Positions 23,901 to 35,918 of a DNA stretch of 64,000 nucleotides are shown here, piece by piece. The translations under genes and the position numbers were made by a program. The DNA is from Phallusia mammillata (Eukaryota): the NCBI GenBank assembly GCA_965637545.1, contig OZ281500.1, positions 19,530,001 through 19,594,000 on the forward strand, read 5' to 3'. Each line of letters opens with the position of its first letter. Position 1 is the stretch's first letter. The notes below the pieces were generated by a model. That model was not told the DNA's origin. It ran no database searches and saw nothing but the letters and a program-made list of their open reading frames with translations.

Positions 23901-26900
23901 CCCCTAAATCCCTAAATCACGACTCTGACTTCACAATATAAAAAGAAATGATTCTGACTTTACAGCCCTATATAGTGCCAGTGTAACAGTTTCATATTTT
24001 ATCACAGAGGCGATTGTGTCGTACAAGGAAGAACATTTTCAAGATAGGGAACTACCCATCTTCTATCCACTTTACATGGTGGCTGTCACCAATAACTGTG
24101 AAGCGTTTACTGAGTTTGCTGTCAAACTGCAGGTAAAGCTATATTTTGGAAACTGTGTGTTGCGTTTGTTAACCTTGGGACCGTCGTTTTTTAGCGTGAA
24201 ATGAACGGGGAAAAGGTACAAACTGAAAATCTTAGTTCAGAACTGGAGTTACTTCAGATGGACCGAGAATTTAATGAAATTGAAAACGACAACCCGTTTG
24301 TCAATGATGAAAAAGATGATCCACTAGCTCAGTAAGCAAATAAACACGTTAAAATTAATACCAATGAGGGCAAGACCATACACAAAGTTTTTTATCAATC
24401 CACTTCCTTTCTCTTTTTCAATGCTCTAAGAACGATTTGAAAGTTTTTACAACGAAGTATTGGCTTGTGTATTTCTTATTAGAATCTTTGAAACCGTAAC
24501 TTTCGTACCTAAAATCACTTTCTTTCTATTCTGTCAAAAGCTATCTGTATAAAAGTTAAAGAAAAAAAAGAAAAAAGCTTTTTTAACTAACGTTCCCTAG
24601 CCTAACAAACACGTGAATTTTACTTTATGATGTAGATTCCGTCGTGAAATGGACCAAGTAGCGCAAGCTTCGTGTGGTTACTTGCTAGATGAAGTATTTC
24701 TTGATTTAAAGGTAGCTCTGGGTTTCATTTTGTATCATCTTATGTAGTCTCGTACTGGAGTCCTTAAACAACGCCCGATTAACGCAGTTTATCGTGCCCT
24801 TACAGTATTGCTTGAATTTGCTTTAATAAAACGTAAAATAAAGCAAAAATTGCTTCGCGGGGTCCAGCATTTTTTTGTAAAGTTATCCTGCCTGCTGTGA
24901 AAAGAAATTTGACTACCCCTATTCTGCATTCGGCCACATTATTAGGACCAAGGTTGGTTTAAAGCTGTTACTTAATACCTTTTCAATATTATTAGTTTGT
25001 CTGTTGGTCTTGAGCTTTAATTCAAGCTTAAAATCTGTTTTTAGACTCATTGTACATCCCTATTTACACGCTCGTGGCTGACGGACAGATCTGCTGTCGA
25101 CACGATTTGCGTCACAATCGAGGATTATTACACCGACTACGTCCATTTAAGGCCCCGGTATTTCGCTTGGATCATGCGAGAAGCTGAACGCCGAGTGGTT
25201 GTGGAATATTTGAGGGCTGTGCTTGGAAGGTTTGTGTATTACACGAAATTATGCCAGTTGTGGTGTATTCATTTTATGCCGCATTGTGCTACAAGCAAAA
25301 ATGACCGCCGAATATATAACTACTAATAACACCATAACTCTCGTCACCACAGTATTTAACTGAATTTCGATAGGTGGCGCAAAAAACTAAAATATTTATC
25401 TAAAGTGGATTTGGATTAGGAAGCAAGTTTTCAAAAATATTAGATTAGGTAGTAAGTTTCAAGTTTGTTGTATCAAATTTGTAATGATAGGTCCCAAATA
25501 TCCCTAACATTTAGCATTTTAGAGATATGCCGTTTTAAATGGTTATTCGTGCTTTTTGCGCCATCTGTTGAAGTTCAATTAAAACTGACATGAGATATGG
25601 CGGCAGTAAATTTGCCCATTATTTTACCCAAATGCATATGATGTATTATTTCACTCAATTATCACCCATAGATATTATTTTAGGTTAGGCTATGCTGTTT
25701 CCAACGTTTTGTCAAGCAAATTGTTTTCAAATTGTCACACATAGATAGGTATCCAGAGTTAGAGCTTGCAAATTTAAATTTTTATTCTCACGGACCCCTG
25801 CAGGTTTATAATGTATAAAAAGCCCATACTATCTAAACATCAATAGTGCGTGAAACACAGCACACCGCATAAAAACCAGGCCTCAAGTTCTGGTTTGTGC
25901 TTGAAAAAGAAAAAAAAAGAATTTTATAGTCAAATTCAATTAAATGTGAATGTCATGTAGCAAATAACAAGAATTAGAAAAACAACGCGTTTTTGTACCT
26001 CACAGACGGATTAAGATGAACAACCAATCAGAACGGGCAAAGGCCGGTGAAAAGCTACTGCAAGAGCAACAACTTTTGTCCTCCCTGTTCAAAAAACTTC
26101 ACCAGCCTGTGGTAAGTTAAACTCTGTTGTGAAAATGTCATAAAAATTCATGCCCTAAGTCACTGCATACGCCCCACAGAGGGGGTGGAATTTGGTTTTA
26201 GGACCTAATCAAGATATTTTCCAAAACTGTTTTGTTTATTTTTTTTCTCTTTTATTGATGTTACGTATTTGGCAGCTGGTTTAAACAAAAATACTTGATT
26301 TTTGAAAAGGTTCAACCATATTTTCCCGCATAGGGGCATTAGGATTTTTGGTCAAATATGTGTGGCGTGGACAAAACAAGGTTTAATAGCACTGCCCTAA
26401 ATTAATCAAGGAGTAGAAAGAAATAGATTTTAGCTTTTCAAATAGAGATTCGCTAATATTATTGCTGGGTCATTTTCCTGTTGAAAAGCATTTTGTCTAA
26501 TATTCTGTACTTATTACAAATAGAAGTTTATGCTGCAGTACACCTGAAAAAGGCTTGTTTTGTTTTTCACTCTATCATCCATTTTTTTTCTACTTCACGA
26601 TTCGAGTTTGTGAGATTGAAAGTACCATAGTATATGATTCCTACTTACAACATCAGGACATGTATTTCAGGGCCCATCGCCTTGTGAAGCACTGATTCCG
26701 ATTGCTGAAGTAATAAAACTCCAAGATAAAAGCATGATGTCTTTAGAATTGTCGGTAAGTCGAAGCAATTTGTTCAATAGTTAGACCTAACACACAGGTA
26801 TTTAACCAGGGGTAAAGTTGCTCAGCGATGCGACGAATTTGAATCTTTTAAACCTTCCAAAGGCGTTTAAACGAAAAAAATATGTTTAAAAGGTTTGATC

Positions 26901-29263
26901 ATAAATTAGAGTGTTCAAGAAAAAGGCCTTTTGCCAATGCCACCATCGCTTTTTAAGTCTATTTCGGCCGTTTTTCCTCATTAAACATATGAGCAGATCC
27001 GTGTTTAAAGTTCTGTGGAATTGAAAAAAAATCCTTCCAGGGCCTTGTCAACAAATACAATGATGCCACTGTAGAGCAGCTTACAGCTCTTCTAGCAATC
27101 AGAGGGGACTTTTCGGCTTCCGATGCAAAAGAGGTATGGGCCATAGTGACGTATCAACTGCGCTTGTTACGTCACACAGTGCATGTGATTGTGACGTGTG
27201 AGTTTGGCATGTGGGAATTTCCCCGGACATTTTTCGTTTCAAGGGTTTACGTTTTTACTTTTTTTGTTTCGATTGCCTGCGTTTGCACGTCAACCAATCG
27301 CGTCGCCTGCTTGCCTGCCACGCCCCCTATCTCGACCAATAGCTGGCCGAGGAACTTAAGATGGACAGCCGCGATTCGTTGACTGATGATAGCGAACCTG
27401 AAGTGAGGTTGTTTATCGACGTTGATTCGGCACCTGCCACCGGATTCTTCAGCAAATAAGTCATAACGATTCGCGTAAGGCATTTTTTAATGATTTCTAT
27501 GTTTTAAATACTTTTAGTTTAAGCAATTCTTGTGCATATTTGAACAGATTTTTTTCTTTAGATTTATTTAACCAGGTACTATTTATTAAGGTGTAACATT
27601 TCACATAGATTTTCTCAGATTAGAATATTGTAATTTACCTTTTTTCTTCTATGAAGTTGTTCGGTTTAGGTTTCAAACCTATTTTTTTAGTCTTGGGGTT
27701 TGCTTGTGAATGTGCTTCCTCATCATTTTGCCTGTGACTTCGATGATTGGCATGAATCAGATTAGTTGAAACAAATTTCTGATCCATTGGTTTTGCTTTA
27801 GTTTGATCCTATTATACAAAACTATACTTTTTTTAAAGCAGTATATACCAGTTTTTGAAGGAACGAAAATGTTATGGCTCTAGGTCAGTGCTCTTCAACC
27901 TTTTTAGTGGCACGGAACCCTCATGGTGTTTTGTCAAACTTTGCGGAACTCCCATAAAATAATTTTAATGTAATACAAGTATCATAGAAAAAACATGCAC
28001 AAGACTGTGTTTAATACGTCACAATTGATCAATGGTGTAACCAAGGTTAACTAGATCAGTGTTTTTCAACCTTTTTGAGCCACGGAACACTTTATAACTT
28101 ACATTAAAATATGTTTGCGGAACACCAAACGAAATTTTGATGCAATGAAAAAACTATAGGCTCAGGGTGACACTAAAACGCTAAAACGCACATCACGTAA
28201 TCACTAAAACGGATGAAAATGCTCATATAGCGCTATTAAAGTTGGGGGAAGTTTTACTAAATCGTATCATTGAAACTAACATTGTACCTACTAAATACAA
28301 TATTCGCCTAGTACTGACTGTTCCGTGATTCATCGTTTTCCTCGCAAGCAATTATGCTGAACGTCAGAAAATTTGTTGAATCTCGTGTCGACTGAGACAG
28401 CGTTTAAATATTATATTATTTTTAAACAACACTCAAAGCTAAATTGCACCAACCGTCAGCAATTTACCCGCGATTCAGCTATTTCATTATGAGTCTTAAT
28501 ATTACACAACAGTAAATGAAGCCAATCACTACAGAACATTCCAATCGGGGATGGCGGATAATTATTTTCATAAAGGAAAACCTATTTCCGCCTATTGTAT
28601 TAAACCAGTGATTTTCGACCGGTGTTTAACAACACAATTCAAACCATAGAAGTCTAAAACATTAGAATCCTATATTCAAACCAGCAAATTTCTCGCGGAA
28701 CACCTGACGATCTTTCACGGAACACCAGTGTTCCGCGGAACACCGGTTGAAAATCACTGAACTAGATCGTACGGGCGAGCATTGCTGTTCACAACAATGA
28801 CATTATGAATCATTCATGTTTGAATTGCGAATTGCTACTCCGCGGAACCCCGGTTGAAGAGCACTGCTCTAGGTTCAAATTTTAAAACATGATAATTTTC
28901 TGGCCGGCAAAGTCTATGATAGCGGCTATTGTTTTAGGATGTCTAGAAAAGTGCCAGTTTGTACAGGTATTTTTGCATCATTCAACTTTTGTACAGTTTT
29001 AAATTGCTTGTAATATTCAAGATGAAACCATAGTGACATGGTTTGAACCACAAGAGCTTTGCAATCCATACATATCTCACTTAACGTTTTGTCCACGTTT
29101 CCAGCTTTGCACTGAAGTTTGTGAGGGCGAATGGAGTAGTAAGACACCAACCAGAAAATCAAGTGGACTTTACAAAGCCGCAGCGAAGTCTACTATCAGC
29201 AGTGTTCCAAGCTCAAATATATCAACTTCTATTTTCAGTCGGTTTAACCGATTTATTGAATAA
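17912..29263 (+). CDS. EXOC3: Exocyst complex component 3 (Sec6), ~770 aa
   Basis: Signature [73 protein letters not shown]. 19 exons: 17912-18046, 18637-18806, 19284-19413, 19662-19793, 19997-20106, 20781-20894, 21352-21541, 22075-22150, 22391-22490, 22947-23112, 23639-23726, 24008-24132, 24258-24331, 24636-24711, 25045-25229, 26006-26111, 26671-26754, 27041-27133, 29105-29263; total 2313 nt, in frame. Confidence 0.96.
20282..20556. mobile_element. hAT MITE
   Basis: TIRs CAGGGGTGGGCAACCT / AGGTTGCCCACCCCTG; 8-bp TSD CTGTAAAT. Confidence 0.92.
25350..25587. repeat. Imperfect ~36-bp inverted repeat, probable old MITE
   Basis: cagtatttaactgaatttcgataggtggcgcaaaaa vs tttttgcgccatctgttgaagttcaattaaaactg. 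Confidence 0.5.
26161..26394. mobile_element. Old hAT MITE
   Basis: Ends cactgc.. / ..gcactg with imperfect TSD CCCTAAGT/CCCTAAAT. Confidence 0.45.
27886..28866. mobile_element. hAT MITE with a nested relative, in the last EXOC3 intron
   Basis: TIRs CAGTGCTCTTCAACC / GGTTGAAGAGCACTG; 8-bp TSD CTCTAGGT. Confidence 0.92.
28057..28759. mobile_element. Nested hAT MITE
   Basis: TIRs CAGTGTTTTTCAACC / GGTTGAAAATCACTG; 8-bp TSD AACTAGAT; subterminal CGGAACAC repeats. Confidence 0.9.
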
Positions 29264-29817
29264 AAGCTTTATCTGTTTTCCTTAGCTGAAAAATGGCTGG
29301 TGCAGGATTCTATTACAAAGCAAAGAATCCTGATTGTGTGTGTTTCCCATGCTCTGATTCTCGCTACGCGCCTAATGATTAGTTGTTGTTTCGTGTCATG
29401 CGATGCTATTCTATATATCGTGCAATACATACTTTACACATGGAAATTTCCTATGATTCAGAAATTAGCGGAGTCGATTCCGTACTCGATCGGTTCTTGG
29501 CAACGTTGTGTTTTGGTTCTATTTACAGCAAATTAAGTCCTCGGTGCTGCACCAATTTCGACTGAACATTGTGTAGTAATATACTGGAGTTGACTACTTT
29601 ATAAACAAAACTATTGGACGCTGAAAAGGAATTTGGCCTGGTATACTTTTGTATTGTCTGAATCTAGGTGCATTTCGGCCAAATACATTTTAACAATTTT
29701 TCTTGAACAGCTTTACGTTTTAAGAACGTTTGACTCATTGTTTAGCATAGCCTAAAATAAACTAAAGCTGCAAACTAGGTAAGGCATTGTAAAAGCATAT
29801 AGAGCCAATAAATGATA

Positions 29818-29869
29818 AGCTGCAGACAGTGCACACTGTTTCGACCTATAAGGTCTCATCAGTGCAGCT
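29818..29869 (-). ncRNA. Type I hammerhead ribozyme (minus strand)
   Basis: RNA AGCUGCA-CUGAUGA-GACCU(UAU)AGGUC-GAA-ACAGU(GUGC)ACUGU-C^UGCAGCU: full conserved core, three helices, GUC cleavage triplet; predicted cut between 29825 and 29824. Confidence 0.9.
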
Positions 29870-30260
29870 GGTGACGAGAGATCGGCCGCATTGGCTAGTG
29901 TAGCCATTCAACGGCACTCCAGTTTGTTGGGAGCACAGGGTACAACCCCATGCATCACCTAGTCTGTGCGATGCCACAACTGGACATACAGCACAGATGA
30001 AACTGGCTCACAATGGCCAAACAACTGCTTGGGAACCACAGTGAAGTCGGCTCAGTGTCACAGTATCAATGTAAAAGCATATAGAGCCAATAAATGATAA
30101 GCTGCAGTTGGCCATTGTGAGCCAGTTTCATCTGTGCTGTATGTCCAGTTGTGGCATCGCACAGACTAGGTGATGCATGGGGTTGTACCCTGTGCTCCCA
30201 ACAAACTGGAGTGCCGTTGAATGGCTACACTAGCCAATGCGGCCGATCTCTCGTCACCAG

Positions 30261-30308
30261 CTGCACTGATGAGACCTTATAGGTCGAAACAGTGTGCACT
30301 GTCTGCAG
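30261..30308 (+). ncRNA. Type I hammerhead ribozyme (plus strand, inverted copy)
   Basis: CUGCA-CUGAUGA-GACCUUAUAGGUC-GAA-ACAGUGUGCACUGU-C^UGCAG; predicted cut after 30303; stem I is 5 bp. Confidence 0.88.
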
Positions 30309-31376
30309 GTAAGGCATTCTACTACGAAAACCACTGCGCCTAAGGTGCAAAGTTTTTTGCAAAGATATTGTATTTTTACCAACAATAAGACTATAGCGGG
30401 GATGCCTGAAGTGCTGATGCTACAGTTTTGAATTGTTCGGGGTGTAAGCATTTGTATCTTGGTTTTGGCACCCGTAAACGAATAAAAATGAATGAATTTG
30501 ATCTCTTGTCAACGCTGTTACACTTACAAAATTCAGTCCACTTATTTACCATGTTGGTTTTTGCTTAAGTTTCATTCCAAACTGGACTGCTTTTGGAGCG
30601 GTATGTTGTCTGTAGTCCTCAAGTAGTACAAATCCTTCAATGCGGTTTCAAAAAGTATGACGTCATAAAAGAAACTTCCAGAATGTCAAGCATCGTTTGT
30701 TTGCTTCAAAGTGTACAGTTGCAAAGGCTGAATGTTGTAATTTTTTTAGTTGTTTTCGAACTACAAAATCAGCAATTTAGGCAAAGTTTTCAGCATTGTA
30801 GGACAAGTAATTCAATGTGTAATATTGCTTTCCTTACGAGTGGCCTGGAAGAAACAACTCCACTTCAAAAGAAATTCAAAGGTAAAAATGGTTAACTTGA
30901 AGTTGCAGTATATTATATAAGGGTCTGTACGGTGTTGAATGTATCGCTGTCGCCTATATGTCCTTCAGCGATAGTATTGGCATTTTGTTCTGTATATTTA
31001 GAAACTTGTTTGATCATGTTAATCGTGATTTGTCTGTGGTGGTCACGTTTGATAATGTCTTGCCAAACTATTTCCAGTTGCGTGCAAGTTCTTAATGGAC
31101 CAGCATTTGGCGAACTTTGGATTCAAAACTGTGCGATTCGTTTCTAAACGAGTATTTCCAGTCGAAAGTTGGAAAATCATTTTAATTATGTTTGTGATCA
31201 GGCAATGTATCTCTGACATGTCAGTATTAACTGAAACTTCCATTTTTATGCCCAGCGAGTCGGTTTGTCGGGAAAATAAACACAGTACTGTACAGCAAAA
31301 ACATAAAAATAACACTTTGCTATGGGGAACACATCGCGTCTCTAGTCGTTCTTCAACGGCAGTAAACACTGCTGAC

Positions 31377-34300
31377 TCATAGGTTGCATCGGTTAATACA
31401 GATTTGTTCGCTAATTCTAGCCGAAAGCATATCGTTTAGTCCTTCGAATCCCTCGTTTGCAATGAAATAATTGCTGCGATCCCCAACGATTTCTCTCAGC
31501 CCGTCGTCCAATTCGTCAACTCCAAGTTTACCGCTTGGCGGCATTACTCCAATGCCAAACATCTGCACACATACACAATTACACCGTACTGGTCACCTAA
31601 TGGCTGTAAAAATGCATTGCCACACACTTAAACATGTGTGTGTGTGTGGTGAAACCTCGATTTCATGGCCAAGAGTCAAATTTTGAATCGCCCCGTTTAA
31701 ATGAGCTCAATGTTTAGAAACAGTCAATAGTTTTTGTCAAGACGCTATAACGGAGAACAAAGATATAAGATTTTTTGTTCCATATGTGCTAAGGTTTTCG
31801 TGGTTGATATGAATTTGAAACTTTCACGTATTGTGGAAATAGTTTTTTTTTCCAAAAAATTTATTTGCTTTTATTCTCATTATTTTTATGGAACAAAAAT
31901 TTTAATTTTGTTGTTGAAAACTTTGAATTTAAATTTTGATTCAACAAAGTGATCTCGTTGCTTACCAAGACTCCACGCTTCCTTAGGTCCACAGAATCGA
32001 ACTCTACGGGGTCTTTCTCTGATGTTTGTCCATCAGTAATAATAATAATCACGTTTTTCGCATGAAGTCTGTCGCCCGTCGTTTCGTTAAATACCACATC
32101 TCGGGCATGACGTAACGCCCGTCCCGTATAGGTGGCTGCAAATACACGGTTTCCAACAGTTAAATCCCCTCGTGATGCTTGCAAATTGTGCTTACCAGGA
32201 ACCTATAGAGCTATTACGTATTTTTTGTCGTTTTCGGAACTTACATGAAGGCCTGTAATTCATTTTTCCGACCGCTTCCAAAAGGCCTTCGCCGTCTTCC
32301 GAGTAATCGTTGAGAAGGATTTGGGATCTCTTGTTTGGCCGCAGACCGAAACTAAACACTGCAAATTGTGTCGCATCGGGTGATACTTCGAATGTCCTGC
32401 AATATTTTGTTTGGTGAAAGAACATATAACTCGAACACTAAAATGTTGTTGTTGGAACTTGTAAGTGGGGTAGCTCTAACGTCTAGATGTCAGCGAAGGG
32501 GTGTGTTTTTTCATGATTTTTATGGAAATAATTTCAAGGAAGCGAAGTTATTTGCAATCCTGTACAGTTTGAACCTTTTTGCCTGTTGTTGTTTTTGTAT
32601 ATATATATGGTCATTTAAAAAGGTACATTTCGGGGGACACGCATAAGCGCAAAGTTTTCAGTTGCCTTATAAGTTATAAGTATGATGTGAGCTAAGGTAC
32701 AGTGTGAACATTTGCTTACTTGATGATGCTTTGGGCAAAATTGATCATAATTGGCCAGTTAGATCTTCTTACTGACAATGATGAATCCAATATAATGCAA
32801 GCATCCATAAGCGCATGCGGTGGACACGACCCTGCGTAAGCAAGATCACGGTCTGAAATTTGCTTTAAATGCGTTCAAAACGTCCTGCTAGTTACAAAAA
32901 TCAATATAGTACATGCGGCATACAGAAGGACTTACTCGCGCAGCACGGTTTTGGCTTATCCCACTTCGGTAGGGGATCTTGTTGTCTTTCGCACGTAAGG
33001 GTGTCGCTTTGACGCGGATAAATCTCGTATTCCTCTTGTAGACAGTGGAAATTGCATTTCGACCCAAGGTAGAACTCATCGGTGCATTCAAATTCTCCAA
33101 GATTAATGCTTGGCACGGCGTCACAAAGCTTAGCTACCAGAAAAAAGTAAAATGGTTTGATTTACAGTAGAATTCGTGTTATTAAGTGTGCTTTGTACTA
33201 ACGTAAACATCTTGGAATGTCACCGTTCCAGTCAGCCAAGTTCCCTCTTTTCTGACACGTAACCATCTCGGGACCAGCCATATCGTATCCTTAATGTTTG
33301 ACAAGAAAATGAATATGTAAGCTGTTGCTGCCAGGCATGATATCTACTTTATAGAGCCTATTTGGTAATTGTATTTTTGTACCAACATTTTGACGTCCTT
33401 TACAGGTCGCCTTCATCAGGGTAAATAACACTGAATGTTCGTTTAGTTGTAATGTACCTCTTATTTGCCATGCAATTTGGGTAGGAATAGGGTGCGTTTT
33501 TATATGTCTTGATACAAAAGAAATTCTTTCCATTGTGGGACATGGACATTAACATAATTCTTCTAAACATTTGTCATTGAACACTACTTGGGCTTATGTT
33601 TTCTTACCTTCATCGCATTGGTAGTAACATTGCGCTCCAACTTCGGTGGTCGTTCTTCTAAAGTCACACGTTCGTTCGCCGTTCTTGGGTTGATGAAGGT
33701 AGGGACATTGCAGCACAACCGGCCCTGCAAACCATCAAGAAATTGTAACATTTTGCAGGTTTCATGTTGTGGTTTGTACCCTGTCCATCAATTGATACTA
33801 TGAGATGAAATCAAAATGCCTGCCAACGCCATCGGCAATGTATGAAGACCTATGGACATACGATATAGGTTTTGTGTGCTTAACAGTAGGTACCTCGACA
33901 TGACACCGCTGGTCCGTTACAGAAGCTTGTCAAACAGCAACATCTACAAACTGAACTTGGGGCTCGTGTGTTGCATTGGGATGGAAACCACGCCGGTCTT
34001 GGATTCTATGTTGAAAAAAGGCGTAACTTGTAATAAATCTCTCGATTGTAGTTTGAGATGTATGATTAGTATGAAATCTTAAAAACGTTGCATGCCAACG
34101 GTATTATTCATACCACAGGTGATGCCCAGGGCTAGAAATTCCAATTTACAACGAACCCACTTGGTTCTGCACTAATTAAACGCCAATGTTTAGTGTTTAT
34201 ATGAATGAAAAACATGAAGCGCACATTTCAAACATTACATTGGCATAAAATCGCTTTGTTGTTTTGATGCTAAGCCTGCATTGTCAGTGTGTAAAGTTTG

Positions 34301-35918
34301 AGGTTGTGTAACACTCAAACTGACATTTTAACATTCGATTTAATTCTGCTCGGCAGAAAATAATTTCTAGCGATTCTGGTGAACGTGCAGCCCGTCAACC
34401 TATCAACCGCAAACTAAGTGTTTTTGTTAAACTAAAACTTTCAATCGGTTTGTTGGATTGGTACAGGTCATAAGGTTATTTTTTTTCTGATTTTTGAAAA
34501 AAATCCGCTGAAACTAATAAAGAGGGCTTAGACCTTTCGCCCAAGGAAACTGTAACAAATTAACAAAACAGATGCTCATGGGCGTTTATTGTCTTTCGAG
34601 GTAAATTAAATAAGCTGATATTTGCTTTTATTATGGCATGTACTTGAAAAAAGTTGTTTCCGCATGCGTTTGCTTGCTTGCACGTTTTGGTGATAAATCG
34701 TCGATAACCGCTTCTTCTCACTTCGTTTTGGCAAGCTTCCTGCAAAAGTCAAAACTAGTTAATGACGCACAGTTTTAATTGTCATTTAACGGCATGGAAA
34801 ATAGGTATGTTCCAGCGCACGTTTTTGCAATTAATTTTTCAGATTTCTTTGTTAGAATGATAGTAGATTTTTTGATGAAAATAACGGCCCAAATAGACGT
34901 AAAAACGACATGCTTTATTGTTCAAACGTTTCACTTTTTGCTGTTATTTTCATCATTAAACTTATAATTGGATGCGTACATAGCGTTCCAATAATAGATT
35001 TGTATTCCCAAATTCGCTACGCAGTTTCGGGAATTGTAAATATTCACCTAACTTCGTAATGCGTCTTCTATACTTCTTGGGCTATGATGTGACTTGCTTG
35101 ACATAATTAAATCGTGTTGCCACCAAGCAAGTGTATGTTGTGGATGTCTTGCACGAGTAGGCGGTTTCGCGTTAGTCATTACAATACTACACCAATTCGT
35201 GGCGTACATGTGCCAGGTATAAATTTGGGTAACAAACATTGCCAGAATGTTTTAATAACAGTTGCTGTCTGCCTAAAGATGGTTTATCGTTAAAGTTTGT
35301 TCCGACGTGGTTAAAAAAACATATAAATTTATCATAGATTTTCTTCCCTTTATTATATTATGTGGTTTTTAATAAAATGAACACAGTTATGTTACAAACA
35401 CGGCACATACCTCGTTTTGAGCGCATTTCTTTATCCTTCCAAAAATAATACAGTGTCTGTTGGTTGGCTGATTTTCGCAAACGAAGCAATTGATACCTGC
35501 AAATAACTTGAATAAGACTTGTACGTATTCAAGTACGTATAAACTTAAATAAGATTAGTAAGTATATACATGTAGTTAAAACAGTTTGTTTTTGGTTCAA
35601 ACTTTAACAGACGTAGTAAATAAGTTTCGTAGAAAAAGAATATGCTCAAAATTAGATAACTGCAATGTGATTGTATTTTTCCAATACTCTTTAAAGTTAC
35701 AATTCGGTGTGTAATGTCGATCAAAAAAAGATCGGAAAGAAAGAACATAACACACTTATTGTTTTTTCGTCAAACTTTACGGTTTAGCGTCAATTTTAAC
35801 ATTGCACTAAAATAATCACTTTACCGCGCAGCAATACACACGAACGCAATTAGCGAAGCTTACCTGCAGTACAATGTGTCAACCATGCTAAACTCAGTAA
35901 AAGAATCAGAAACCTCAT
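31377..35918 (-). CDS. Secreted Ly6/uPAR-like - 2xCCP(sushi) - vWA protein, ~456 aa (short paralog)
   Basis: 11 exons (minus): 35918-35864 (signal peptide MRFLILLLSLAWLTHCTA), 35496-35411, 34739-34644, 34005-33894, 33724-33608, 33289-33203, 33133-32936, 32831-32720, 32396-32245, 32135-31966, 31562-31377; total 1371 nt. vWA motifs ILDSSLS, TYTGRAL, IIITDG. Confidence 0.88.

Larger units (their letters stand above)
29789..30308 (-). mobile_element. Non-autonomous hammerhead retroelement (non-LTR retrozyme / Penelope pLTR-like): 282-nt unit + ~37-bp direct repeat + inverted truncated copy
   Basis: TSD (AG)GTAAGGCATT at 29777-29788 and 30307-30318; direct repeat gtaaaagcatatagagccaataaatgataagctgcag at 29789-29825 and 30071-30107 (period 282); perfect inverted repeat 29820-30020 / 30108-30308. 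Confidence 0.85.

Noticed and set aside
24483-24495. Possible EXOC3 microexon
   Set aside because: Exons 24258-24331 and 24636-24711 join in frame without it
32196-32202. 7-nt microexon (AG|GTTCCTG|GTAAG) in the short paralog
   Set aside because: Inclusion would frameshift the vWA domain; the flanking exons already join in phase
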